Shown here: piece after piece, positions 18,390 to 26,716 of the stretch | Numbering within the stretch: position 1 is the first letter of the stretch | Layout: each line of letters begins with the position of its first letter | Origin: Verrucomicrobiales bacterium | Lineage (GTDB): Bacteria > Verrucomicrobiota > Verrucomicrobiia > Verrucomicrobiales > V1-33 | NCBI GenBank assembly: GCA_031411295.1 | Contig: JANOAV010000001.1 | Coordinates: 1 to 58,708 of the forward strand | Direction: 5' to 3' | DNA length: 58,708 nucleotides | The notes under the pieces: model-generated | The model's input: only the letters and a program-made list of their open reading frames with translations | What the model was told of the DNA's origin: nothing | The model's database searches: none | Program-made: the position numbers and the translations under genes

Positions 18390-20225
18390 ATGTCAATCAA
18401 AACCGAATTAGAATTAGATCCCTCCAAAGCTGTCAGCCAAGCTGGCAAAGCCGCTGCTGAGATCGGGGGTAAGCTGTCCAAGGCTTATGATGGAGTCAAT
18501 GAGAACCGCCCACATGCCGGGGGCCTTTTTTCGGGAGCTGAGAGCGGGATAACTAAGGTTCAGAGCGGAATCAATGTGCTAAAAGCGGGCTATGAGGGAC
18601 TGAAAAAAATCATCGAAACAGGGGATGCTTTTGGAGATATGGAAGATGGCCTGGCGTCCGTGCTGCCTGCTACAGCGGATCTAAACCAGGAAGTGGAAAA
18701 GTTGATTGAACTGGCCAAGTCGCCCGGCCTTGAATTTGAATCGGTGATGAAGGCTCACAAGAATTTCCTGCAAATGGGTAAATCATCTGAAGAGAGCCGG
18801 GACATGATTCGGGAAATCGGGAACGCGTTGCAATTGTCCGGGGCGGATCCAAAGCAGCTTGGTTCCATCGTGGACGTGTTGACGAAAATGGATGATGTTG
18901 GGAAACCGAATATCAAAATGCTGCATTCCTTGGCGCAAGAGGCAACGGGCTTGCGCCAAGCCCTAAAGGCGGGATTCGGCACGGAGAATATTCGCGAACT
19001 GGAAGCTATGAATCTTGACGGGCCACGGTTCCTTTCCGGCTTCACTGCGGGCCTACATTCGTTGAAAACCGCCCAAAAGGATTCTGCGGACAAGCTGGGG
19101 GATTTGCAGGATGATGGCAAGCGGCTTACTGCCAAGCTAGATCAAAAAGCCATGGAAGCCGTTGAAGGCTGGGGGAAGGGGATTGAATGGGCTAAGCTGA
19201 AATTCAAGGAAATGCAGGGGGAAAAGGTGGACTGGAAGCAACTCTATGAAACGCCCGATGCCCGCCATAAAGATACTGCTGCGGATGCAGCCGCCAAGGC
19301 GGCCAATGAGGCGGCGATCAATCAGATGCACGCGGAGCGGCTGGCCAAGCTGGAGGATGAGACGCGGAAGGGTGAAGATTTAACGTCTGCAAAAATGAAA
19401 GAAATGAAGATCATGCGCGAAATGGCCTTGGATGCGCCATCTAAAGCGAAGGAGCGGGAGCGGGAATTAAAAGACCAGCAAGATTACGTGGACGGCTTGC
19501 AGCTCCAACTTGAACTGCAAAAGAATCTGAAACAGTTGATGGCTGATAACCTGCTAACTGAAAAGGAGGCAACGGACTTGCTGCGGGACAAGATTGCGGC
19601 ACAACGGAGGGCGTCTAATGAACAGCGGGAAATGGATCAGGGACTCAAGAAAATCACAGATGGCAAGCAACTCGCCGCGCGTGAAAAGGATAACGAAATC
19701 ATGGAGGCGCGTTCCAAAGGCCACAATGGGAAAGCGGATCGCCTGCAATCGTCGAAGGATGTGGCGGACGCGAAAAAGCAACTAATGGGGCTGGGGATGT
19801 CGGACGCAGAAGCTGAGGCGCAAGCGAAAGCTGAGGTGCGGAGGAAAGAGGATTTAGCTTACCGTGGGGAGCATGGCGGGCGCGGCCGGATTCACTCTGA
19901 GGGTGGGCGGCCAAGTGAGGCTGGCGGCATTGGGTCGGATACGTATAAGGGGACGGGGTGGGTTAAAGATCATAACAATGTAAATAAAGACCGGGATCTT
20001 CGTGGTGACTTTCAATTTGCCAGTCTGGAAAAAATGGAGGCTCAGAAGAAAGCTCAAGTGGAAGCATCGCGCAATAATTCGGCACCTGCGGAAAAAGTGG
20101 GGGCGGAATCTGCGGCCGCAAAGCTTGGGGCTTCGATGGAGAGTCTAGTTAGTGTTATCACAGGGGCGGTAAAGTTGGTAGAGGGGGCAGCGAAGAAATA
20201 CGGGGCCTCACCGCTCAATAAATAA
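18390..20225 (+). CDS. Phage tail tape-measure protein
   Basis: LIELAKSPGLEFE..MG.S.E..RDMIREIGNALQLSG..L..IV..LTKM...GK..RQAL...FGT tape-measure domain pattern, then a long helical/coiled-coil region. Confidence 0.75.
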   Translation: MSIKTELELDPSKAVSQAGKAAAEIGGKLSKAYDGVNENRPHAGGLFSGAESGITKVQSGINVLKAGYEGLKKIIETGDAFGDMEDGLASVLPATADLNQEVEKLIELAKSPGLEFESVMKAHKNFLQMGKSSEESRDMIREIGNALQLSGADPKQLGSIVDVLTKMDDVGKPNIKMLHSLAQEATGLRQALKAGFGTENIRELEAMNLDGPRFLSGFTAGLHSLKTAQKDSADKLGDLQDDGKRLTAKLDQKAMEAVEGWGKGIEWAKLKFKEMQGEKVDWKQLYETPDARHKDTAADAAAKAANEAAINQMHAERLAKLEDETRKGEDLTSAKMKEMKIMREMALDAPSKAKERERELKDQQDYVDGLQLQLELQKNLKQLMADNLLTEKEATDLLRDKIAAQRRASNEQREMDQGLKKITDGKQLAAREKDNEIMEARSKGHNGKADRLQSSKDVADAKKQLMGLGMSDAEAEAQAKAEVRRKEDLAYRGEHGGRGRIHSEGGRPSEAGGIGSDTYKGTGWVKDHNNVNKDRDLRGDFQFASLEKMEAQKKAQVEASRNNSAPAEKVGAESAAAKLGASMESLVSVITGAVKLVEGAAKKYGASPLNK

Positions 20226-20452
20226 TTCTTGGCATCATCCGCCTTTCGTGCCAATGGTGGGGCGTTGCTTGGCAAGAGGCAACGCGCAATCTCAAAGCTG
20301 GACTATCACCCCGGCGCGAAATCAATGAACCATACAGATACAAAACAACGAGAACCAAAGCCCGTTTCGGATAGGCGTATGCGAGTGATGTCGCGTGCCG
20401 AAAAGCCTTGCCGCTTCTGAAACGGGCTTTGTTCTGTCTGGAAATCAAACCT

Positions 20453-21085
20453 ATGAGAACCTCAAAAGCCGCCGCAATTACACCGCTCGCCCGTCCGAAG
20501 CTGATGAAACGAGCTATCTACGGAGAGCCCCCAATTTCTGAGCAATGCTTAGATTCTATGAATTCACCCGTAACAAGCTCTGGCGATACCGTTCCTCTCT
20601 GGCTCTGGGAGGAACTGGCAGAATGCTTCCCGGAAATCAGTAGTCCAGGGATGGTGGCGATGATTTCCGCCAATCGGGAAAAGTTGGGCCTTTCCGCGTG
20701 GGACTACATCACTCGTGTCATAAGAGAGGATAAATTGCGCGTTGAATTGATGCAGGTAATGGACTCCATAGACTCAATCTCTCACGTCATCCGTTTCCCG
20801 CTGGATCCCGTAGAGCGATTCCCTTGGGATATGTGGGAGGAACTGCAGCAGCGTTGCCGTTGGGTCAAGAGCCCGTCCATGAGTAGGGCCATCCGCATTG
20901 AAAGCGAACGTCTCGGATTGGGTTTGCGAGCCTACATTAAACTGTTGTGGCGCAAGCGGTCGATGAGAGCGGAGGATCTGAGGTGGGATCTAATCATAAC
21001 CGATGGGCTGGTGAGGGGGTATCGTCCGCTATGGTCAGGCTATAAGCTTCAAGGTGGCCTGCAATCTCAAAACCAACTTTACTAA
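20453..21085 (+). CDS. Hypothetical protein with two internal repeats; paralog of 22601..22906
   Basis: PLWLWEEL..KLGLSAWDYI and PWDMWEEL..ERLGLGLRAYI repeats; start uncertain (20408 or 20453). Confidence 0.65.
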   Translation: MRTSKAAAITPLARPKLMKRAIYGEPPISEQCLDSMNSPVTSSGDTVPLWLWEELAECFPEISSPGMVAMISANREKLGLSAWDYITRVIREDKLRVELMQVMDSIDSISHVIRFPLDPVERFPWDMWEELQQRCRWVKSPSMSRAIRIESERLGLGLRAYIKLLWRKRSMRAEDLRWDLIITDGLVRGYRPLWSGYKLQGGLQSQNQLY

Positions 21086-21087
21086 CG

Positions 21088-21384
21088 ATGGAATCACACA
21101 ACGCGCCTGCCTCCTTTCACGTGCTAGTTTCTCGGGAGGAAATCCAACTGAGATTCGGCATTCCGCCCGCAAAAATGACGGCTTTCTTGAATGATCCTAA
21201 CTCGGGAATTCCTGCCATTTATTTTACGAGCATCCCGCAATTTGAAGTCGGGGCTTTTTTGCGCTGGTCCATTGCCAAGTTCGGCCGTGGCGATTGGGGT
21301 GAGGCTGCCAAAGCTGGCGGGGCTGAGCCTGTGAAAAGGAGCGGGCGCGTTGTGCCGCGTCGTAAACCATTACCTAACCTATAA
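21088..21384 (+). CDS. Small putative DNA-binding protein (excisionase/HTH-like)
   Basis: LVSREEIQLRFGI..IP..F....FLRW pattern and basic tail. Confidence 0.5.
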   Translation: MESHNAPASFHVLVSREEIQLRFGIPPAKMTAFLNDPNSGIPAIYFTSIPQFEVGAFLRWSIAKFGRGDWGEAAKAGGAEPVKRSGRVVPRRKPLPNL

Positions 21385-21398
21385 CCACAACCTAATAT

Positions 21399-22010
21399 AT
21401 GAAAAATCCTATTGTTGTTTTGCCTAGTCTGCCCCCGATGTTGTCCACCGTTGGACTGCTGGAAATGAAGCTCGGGAATGAGTTCGCTCTGTTGAGCCCT
21501 TCTGATATTAATTCCGCTATGCAGTTTGATATTGGTTCGCGTGAGCGGAATGAATCATTGCGGGAGATGAAGAGAGATGCTTTTGGGCGACTCTCGCGTG
21601 CGGAGGTGACTTGGCGCGCTAATTTGATCATTACGGTTTATTTCTTGATGGGGGCCATCCCTGGCGACTTTAACGAGAAAAAGAAGCGAGAGACTAAGGA
21701 AAAGCAGCGCGTGGAGGCATCCCGCATGGACGACTATGTGGAGCGGGCGATTGAGTCCGGGGTGTGGCGGGTCGAGTATAACGGGGGTGTGGAGCCATAC
21801 CTTGACGATGACAGGCCGGAACCGAGTGAAGATGATGAGTTGTATGATGAGATCATCGAAACGACAGTTCAAACGTTCCCACCTCCCCGGAGATCCCTAG
21901 CGGAAATTCAAGCCATAGCGGCATGTGTCGAGATTGCGCGCAAGGCGGTTTCTGAGCTGATGGCGTGGATTGATGCGGAGATAAACGAAACGGCTAGGCG
22001 TTATGAATAA
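21399..22010 (+). CDS. Hypothetical protein, tandem paralog 1
   Basis: Shares GSRERNESLREM.R.AFGRLSRAEVTWR and VQTFPPP.RS..EI.AIA.CVE.ARKAVSELMA with 22003..22608. Confidence 0.75.
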   Translation: MKNPIVVLPSLPPMLSTVGLLEMKLGNEFALLSPSDINSAMQFDIGSRERNESLREMKRDAFGRLSRAEVTWRANLIITVYFLMGAIPGDFNEKKKRETKEKQRVEASRMDDYVERAIESGVWRVEYNGGVEPYLDDDRPEPSEDDELYDEIIETTVQTFPPPRRSLAEIQAIAACVEIARKAVSELMAWIDAEINETARRYE

Positions 22011-22608
22011 AGTTGTGCAATTTGGTCCCAGTGTGCCTGTATTATCCACCCTTGAAATGCTGCAAATGCAGCTTGGGGAGGCGTTCGCAGGGCTGAGTGA
22101 ATCTGATATTGATTCCGCTCTGGCGTTTGATAGTGGTTCGCGTGAGCGGAATGAATCATTGCGAGAGATGGAGAGAGCTGCTTTTGGGCGACTCTCGCGT
22201 GCGGAGGTGACTTGGCGCGGTCGTTTGATCTTGGTGACTTATTGCATGGCAGGGGCTATTCCTGGCGGTTTCATTCGTGGAATCACTAGGCCTGGCTTGA
22301 ATGAGGAAAAGACGCGGGAGGCTCAATCCAGCATGGGCGAGGTCTTAGAATTGGCGATTGATGCCGGTGTTTTGCGGGCCGTTGGGTGTGACGTTTATTA
22401 TGAGATCCCGCCGCCCGAAATAACGGAAAGTGAGGCGTTGTGGAATGAGGTCCCCGAAACGCCAGTTCAAACGTTTCCGCCGCCCCTGAGATCCTCGGAG
22501 GAAATTGGAGCCATAGCGGTATGCGTCGAGGTTGCACGCAAAGCAGTTTCTGAACTGATGGCGCGGATTGATGCAGAGATAAACGAAAGGGTTAGGGCTT
22601 ATGAATAA
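22003..22608 (+). CDS. Hypothetical protein, tandem paralog 2
   Basis: Paralog of 21399..22010; overlaps both neighbours. Confidence 0.75.
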   Translation: MNKVVQFGPSVPVLSTLEMLQMQLGEAFAGLSESDIDSALAFDSGSRERNESLREMERAAFGRLSRAEVTWRGRLILVTYCMAGAIPGGFIRGITRPGLNEEKTREAQSSMGEVLELAIDAGVLRAVGCDVYYEIPPPEITESEALWNEVPETPVQTFPPPLRSSEEIGAIAVCVEVARKAVSELMARIDAEINERVRAYE

Positions 22609-22906
22609 GGTTGTGCAATTTCCCGTTGATAGGCTTGAGGGTTTCCCCTGGGACATGTGGGAGAAGCTGAAAGAGCGTTACCCGTGGACGAATTTCGCGA
22701 ACGTGGTCCCTTTGATGCGTCTGGAAAGTGAGCGGTTGGGGCTTGATCTGCGGGAATACATTCGCCAGCTCTGGCGAAAACGCTCGTTAAGGTCTGAGGA
22801 TTTGCGGTGGAGTCTGCTTTGTGCTCTTACGGATAGGGTTAAAAGCCTTCCCCGTCCGCCAGATTTGCGCGTTCGTGATTCTCAAGGGAGGCTTTGGGAA
22901 TTATGA
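22601..22906 (+). CDS. Hypothetical protein, paralog of the C-terminal half of 20453..21085
   Basis: FPWDMWE.L..R..W..ESERLGL.LR.YI..LWRKRS.R.EDLRW shared. Confidence 0.7.
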   Translation: MNKVVQFPVDRLEGFPWDMWEKLKERYPWTNFANVVPLMRLESERLGLDLREYIRQLWRKRSLRSEDLRWSLLCALTDRVKSLPRPPDLRVRDSQGRLWEL

Positions 22907-23053
22907 AAAGTTACGTTCACAGCGTTGCACAGCGTTTCAAATACGCCCCGTGGAACAAAAAAAACTGGCGATAAACTGGCGAGACATTGTTAGCTAAAGG
23001 GGAGACCCCCTCACTATATATGAGGGGGCTCTATTCGTCGTGTCGTGGTGGGC

Positions 23054-23094
23054 TCGATGGCTCCGGCGTGGTGGTGATCGCCAGCTCGTGGCCG
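23054..23094 (+). repeat. Partial copy of the 139-bp repeat
   Basis: TCGATGGCTCCGGCGTGGTGGTGATCGCCAGCTCGTGG matches the 3' end of the unit. Confidence 0.85.
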
Positions 23095-23117
23095 CTGATT
23101 GCGGCAAAAGGCCGCTG

Positions 23118-23762
23118 TTAGCCGCTGATTGCCGAAAGGCCAGCTTTGACGCGTTGCACCGTTGACGCTCCTTTGCCTGAAATCTTGGCGGCATTCCTTA
23201 CCGATTGGCCGGCGCGTAGCAGTTTCACGATATCCTTGTGAGTGTCCAGAAAATCGGACGTGGGCTTGGTTCCCTTTGGTCTGCCTAGTGTAACTCCCTT
23301 GCGGCGGGCCTCTGCAAGCCCGCTGTTGATTCGCTCGCGTAGAGTCTCAACTTCTGACCGTGCCATTTCTGCGAGCATGGCGAGCATGATTCCGGTAGCT
23401 GGATTCCGCTTCCCATTGGCCAGCATGGTTTCCATGCCCTGGGAGTGCCAGTAAAGCGAAACGCCGCAATCCTCCAACATTTCAACGAATGAATGCACAA
23501 CGCTGGATTTGCGAGCAATCCGGCTGATTTCATGCACTAAGACTTTCTTTATTTTACCCGCTCTGGCCATCGCTTCCACGTGCTGCAGCCCGGCGCGCTC
23601 TGAACTATCCGCGCGGCCGGAAATGGTTTCCTCGCAAATTTCCACCACGTTCCACCCTTTCCCGCTGGCGGCCGCTTGGAGTTCGGATATTTGGCGGGCG
23701 GTTTCTTGCTTGGAGGTGGAAACGCGGACTAGGATGCAGGCTGGGATTTGTTTGGTTGTCAT
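23118..23762 (-). CDS. Small serine recombinase (resolvase/invertase) with C-terminal HTH
   Basis: RVSTSKQE..RQ, ETISG, EISRIAR, ERINSGLAEARRKGVTLGRP; ATG at 23762. Confidence 0.92.
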   Translation of the reverse strand: MTTKQIPACILVRVSTSKQETARQISELQAAASGKGWNVVEICEETISGRADSSERAGLQHVEAMARAGKIKKVLVHEISRIARKSSVVHSFVEMLEDCGVSLYWHSQGMETMLANGKRNPATGIMLAMLAEMARSEVETLRERINSGLAEARRKGVTLGRPKGTKPTSDFLDTHKDIVKLLRAGQSVRNAAKISGKGASTVQRVKAGLSAISG

Positions 23763-23781
23763 GCTGAACAGTAGAGCGGTC

Positions 23782-23893
23782 GTATTCAGGAAATCAAATG
23801 TTTTCCTGAATACACTAAATTTCAAAATCTGGGAGGCGCGTAAAGGGTCAAAATCGGTGGCAAATCTGGCAATGATTGTTTGAATACACTAAA
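23782..23893. promoter_or_regulatory. Putative res site upstream of the resolvase
   Basis: Perfect 12-bp inverted repeat GTATTCAGGAAA/TTTCCTGAATAC (23782-23813); TGAATACACTAAA at 23807 and 23881. Confidence 0.65.
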
Positions 23894-23913
23894 GGCCGAT
23901 CGCGTTGGGGAAG

Positions 23914-24387
23914 GCCAGCTCGGGGCCGTAGTTCGTCCAGGATGCACGCTGCGGGCCGTTGTCGGCGTGGCCGGTGTGCTGAGCTGGCATCATGCCTTTG
24001 GTGCCGTGTTGGTGCCGTCCCTGGGATCGATGGCTCCGGCGTGGTGATCGCCAGCTCGTGGACGTGGTAGTTCGTCCAGGATGCACGCTGCGGGCCGTTG
24101 TCGGCGTGGCTGGTGTGCTGAGCTGGCATCGTGCCTTTGGTGCCGTGGTAGTGCCGTCCCCGGGATCGATGGCTCCGGCGTGGTGATCGCCAGCTCGTGG
24201 ACGTGGTAGTTCGTCCAGGATGCACGCAGCGGGCCGTTGTCGGTGTGGCCGGTGTGCTGGCTGGCATCATGCCTTTGGTGCCGTGTTGGTGCCGTCCCTG
24301 GGATCGATGGCTCCGGCGTGGTGATCGCCAGCTCGTGGACGTGGTAGTTCGTCCAGGATGCACGCTGCGGGCCGTTGTCGGCGTGGC
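23914..24387 (+). repeat. Right array of the 139-bp tandem repeat (~3.4 copies)
   Basis: GTTCGTCCAGG unit starts at 23931, 24070, 24209, 24347 (periods 139, 139, 138). Confidence 0.95.
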
Positions 24388-24520
24388 TGTGTTCATCCAC
24401 CAAGCCCCCTTTGGTGCGACCGTAGGGAGCGACTCCTTACAAAGATTGGCGAGCCGCTCTCATAGGATCTCCCTCGCACTCCCTCTCGTTGGTGCTGAAC
24501 CAATCACGAATCGCTGTGCA

Positions 24521-24640
24521 GTGAAGGAGTGAGGACAAGTGAATTCGTTGTGTGTTATCTATTCACCGATGGAACCCTTGATTTGTCAATGGTTCTGGGG
24601 TGTGGTGAAGCGGTGAATCCTGAATATATGATATTGTGAA
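24521..24640. repeat. Cluster of six GTGAA/TTCAC pentamers (iteron-like), right site
   Basis: GTGAA at 24521, 24539, 24605, 24613, 24636; TTCAC at 24562. Confidence 0.6.
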
Positions 24641-25050
24641 AGGTCTAATGGGATAGGGAAGGGGGGGGGGTAGGTAAGGAATCTTTTGTTTGGCCGAATG
24701 GCCGGAGTGAGTTTCCTGCCCGCTTAAATCTTGTGTGAGCCTGGGTGAATTATTAATGTCACTTGTCACATGCGGCGGGGAGCATTGCGAATGTTCCACG
24801 GGATTTCCTAAAAATGCGGGGCCGCATAGCTGGGGCAAGCCTGTGATTTTTGAAATTCTGGCGGGGAGGATTGGTTGTGCCTATCGATTCCAGTCCGCGA
24901 TTGCGGGAATCGGCCTGGCTGCGGTGGGATCCGTGGCGACACTGCAAAAAATGGAGGGGGGCAATGTCACCTTGCGAAAATTTCCCTCAGTCGTTATCCC
25001 GCCTTTTGTGCATCTGGGACGCCATGCGTCTTTTTGCGTTTGGGGTGTGG

Positions 25051-25068
25051 GGTAACTTTTGGGTAACT
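25051..25068 (+). promoter_or_regulatory. Putative integrase arm-type sites (GGTAACT x2)
   Basis: GGTAACT at 25051 and 25062, matching the pair inside attL. Confidence 0.55.
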
Positions 25069-25187
25069 CTGGGAGATTGCTCGTGGGATTGTTTGCGGGC
25101 TGAACGTGGGGCTTGGTTCAAGCAGGATCAATGCTTTCGTGGTTTTTCTGGTTCGTCTTGAATGCTCCTGAAATCGATGATTTGAGA

Positions 25188-25279
25188 ACTTAGGATCTGG
25201 TTCCGCAAGGCGTAGGGGTTCGAGTCCCCTCCTCGGCATTCTTTCTAAATCAAGGGTTGGCGCGGTTTCTGGAATAGCA
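25188..25279 (+). repeat. attR (3' half of tRNA-Leu plus 41 bp of downstream sequence)
   Basis: Identical to 12716-12807; lacks the tRNA 5' half. Confidence 0.95.
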
Positions 25280-25396
25280 CATTTCCGAAGAATCCGACCA
25301 AAGGAACTATTTGTGCAACTTCTGGGGCGGAAACCGTTGGGCTTTTGGGAAAGTCCCCACAACAAAAGCAATTCCGGCGGCGGCGTTGAAACTCCG

Positions 25397-25594
25397 CTAC
25401 GCGACGTCTTTCCCAAAGGCTCCCGCAGTGCTTTGAGCGAACACATGCTGATACACACGTTCAGCGAGGGCGATTTTCTCGTCCTCAGCGAAGGGAGGAT
25501 CTGGGAGCAGTTCGAAGATTTCCTGCTGAATCAGCACTTCCACCTCGGCCTTGGTCGGTTCTTTCGCAATCCAGTCGTGGCGTGCGGCTAGTCG
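25397..25594 (-). pseudogene. Remnant resembling the C-terminus of a type I restriction subunit HsdR (DUF3387-like)
   Basis: Start-less frame translates HDWIAKEPTKAEVEVLIQQEIFELLPDPPFAEDEKIALAERVYQHVFAQS. Confidence 0.6.
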
Positions 25595-25723
25595 CTAGGC
25601 GTGAAGAACCCGCCAACCGGCATTGGTTGCTGGCATTTGGTCATGTATCATCACATCCAAGAACCACGAGTGTTCAATCGCCAGTCTCAGGAAATTGTTG
25701 CTAGCCCGGATTACAGGTGCCCT

Positions 25724-26014
25724 TTAGTGCTTGAGCACTTCGACAAGATTCCAGCGCTTCAGCTTGCTGAGCGGACGGCATTCTTGGACTTGGACACGGT
25801 CACCCACCTTGGCTTCGCCTTTTTCGTCATGAGCGTAGAGCTTGGTGGTCTTTTTGACGATCTTCCGGAACTTCGGGTGTGGCACACGACGGATCACCGC
25901 AACGACGATGGTCTTGTTCATGCTGGAAGAGGTCACAACGCCGACGCGTTGTTTGCGGCGGCCGCGGTCTTCGGATGCGGCGGCGGCTGGGGTCTTGGCG
26001 GTTTCTTCGCTCAT
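25724..26014 (-). CDS. rpsQ: 30S ribosomal protein S17
   Basis: GVVTSSSMNKTIVV, HPKF.K, AHDE, ECRPLSKLKRW. Confidence 0.97.
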   Translation of the reverse strand: MSEETAKTPAAAASEDRGRRKQRVGVVTSSSMNKTIVVAVIRRVPHPKFRKIVKKTTKLYAHDEKGEAKVGDRVQVQECRPLSKLKRWNLVEVLKH

Positions 26015-26031
26015 ATAAAATTATCGATGGG

Positions 26032-26220
26032 TTAGGCTTTGGCAGCGGTGATGACCGTTTCGATACGGGCGATGGCGCGGCGGAGGTTCTTGATGCGGGC
26101 GGTGTTTTCCAACTGACCGCTCTTTTGTTGCACGCGAAGATTAAGGATCTCGTGCTTCATGTTGGTGCGACGGGTGGCCAGTTCGGCTGCCGTTTGATCG
26201 CGGAATTCCTTGATTTTCAT
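26032..26220 (-). CDS. rpmC: 50S ribosomal protein L29
   Basis: LNLRVQQKSGQLENTARIKNLRRAIARIET; gene order. Confidence 0.95.
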   Translation of the reverse strand: MKIKEFRDQTAAELATRRTNMKHEILNLRVQQKSGQLENTARIKNLRRAIARIETVITAAKA

Positions 26221-26253
26221 AATGAAATTTAGTCTAGGTCTAAGTGTTAGAGA

Positions 26254-26673
26254 TTAGGCGTGGAGGTCGCGACGGACCATCCGGCAACGGAGGCCGAGCT
26301 TCTGGGAGGCCAAACGGAAGGATTCCTTGGCGAGGGATTCAGGCACCCCGGAGACTTCGAAGAGCATGGTGCCTGGGAGCACCACGGCGCACCAGAATTC
26401 TGGAGCACCCTTACCTTTACCCATCCGGGTTTCCGGTGGGCGGGCGGTCACGGGCTTATGCGGGAAGATGCGGATGAAGACTTTACCTTTACGTTTGAGG
26501 TTACGGGTAATGGCAACACGGCAGGCTTCGATCTGGTTGTTCTTGATCCAGCCGCGGTCGAGCGTTTGGAGTCCGAATTCACCGTAGCTTACCTTGGTGC
26601 CACGCGTGGCGTTGCCACCGCGATTGCCGCGTTGGGACTTACGAAATTTAGTGCGTTTGGGGAGTAGGGCCAT
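26254..26673 (-). CDS. rplP: 50S ribosomal protein L16
   Basis: [32 protein letters not shown]. Confidence 0.97.
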   Translation of the reverse strand: MALLPKRTKFRKSQRGNRGGNATRGTKVSYGEFGLQTLDRGWIKNNQIEACRVAITRNLKRKGKVFIRIFPHKPVTARPPETRMGKGKGAPEFWCAVVLPGTMLFEVSGVPESLAKESFRLASQKLGLRCRMVRRDLHA

Positions 26674-26716
26674 GAGTTAGCGTCCTAGTTAGAATTGATG
26701 TTAAAGGGAGGGAGAA

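Larger units (their letters stand above)
12716..25279. mobile_element. tRNA-Leu-integrated element (12,472-bp predicted excised circle), phage-satellite-like
   Basis: 92-bp direct repeats at both ends; integrase next to the tRNA; AlpA/Xis, primase, helicase, tape-measure and resolvase genes inside. Confidence 0.93.

Noticed and set aside
20229..20420. Small ORF after the tape-measure gene as a tail chaperone
   Set aside because: Weak start, no recognisable features; tail chaperones normally precede the tape-measure gene
23931..24069. Repeat unit as a restriction-site decoy
   Set aside because: About 12 four-base palindromes against roughly 8-9 expected by chance; not convincing
23914..24387. 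CRISPR array interpretation of the tandem repeats
   Set aside because: The whole 139-bp unit repeats with no unique spacers, and there are no cas genes
13588..24532. ORFs predicted across the repeat arrays (e.g. 14051..14452, 14112..14510, 23848..24396, 23990..24403)
   Set aside because: Shadow ORFs of a GC-rich, stop-poor repeat whose period is not a multiple of 3
25188..25238. Second tRNA-Leu gene
   Set aside because: Only the 3' half is present; it is attR
12716..25279. Intact prophage or ICE
   Set aside because: No capsid, portal, terminase, lysis, relaxase or T4SS gene recognised
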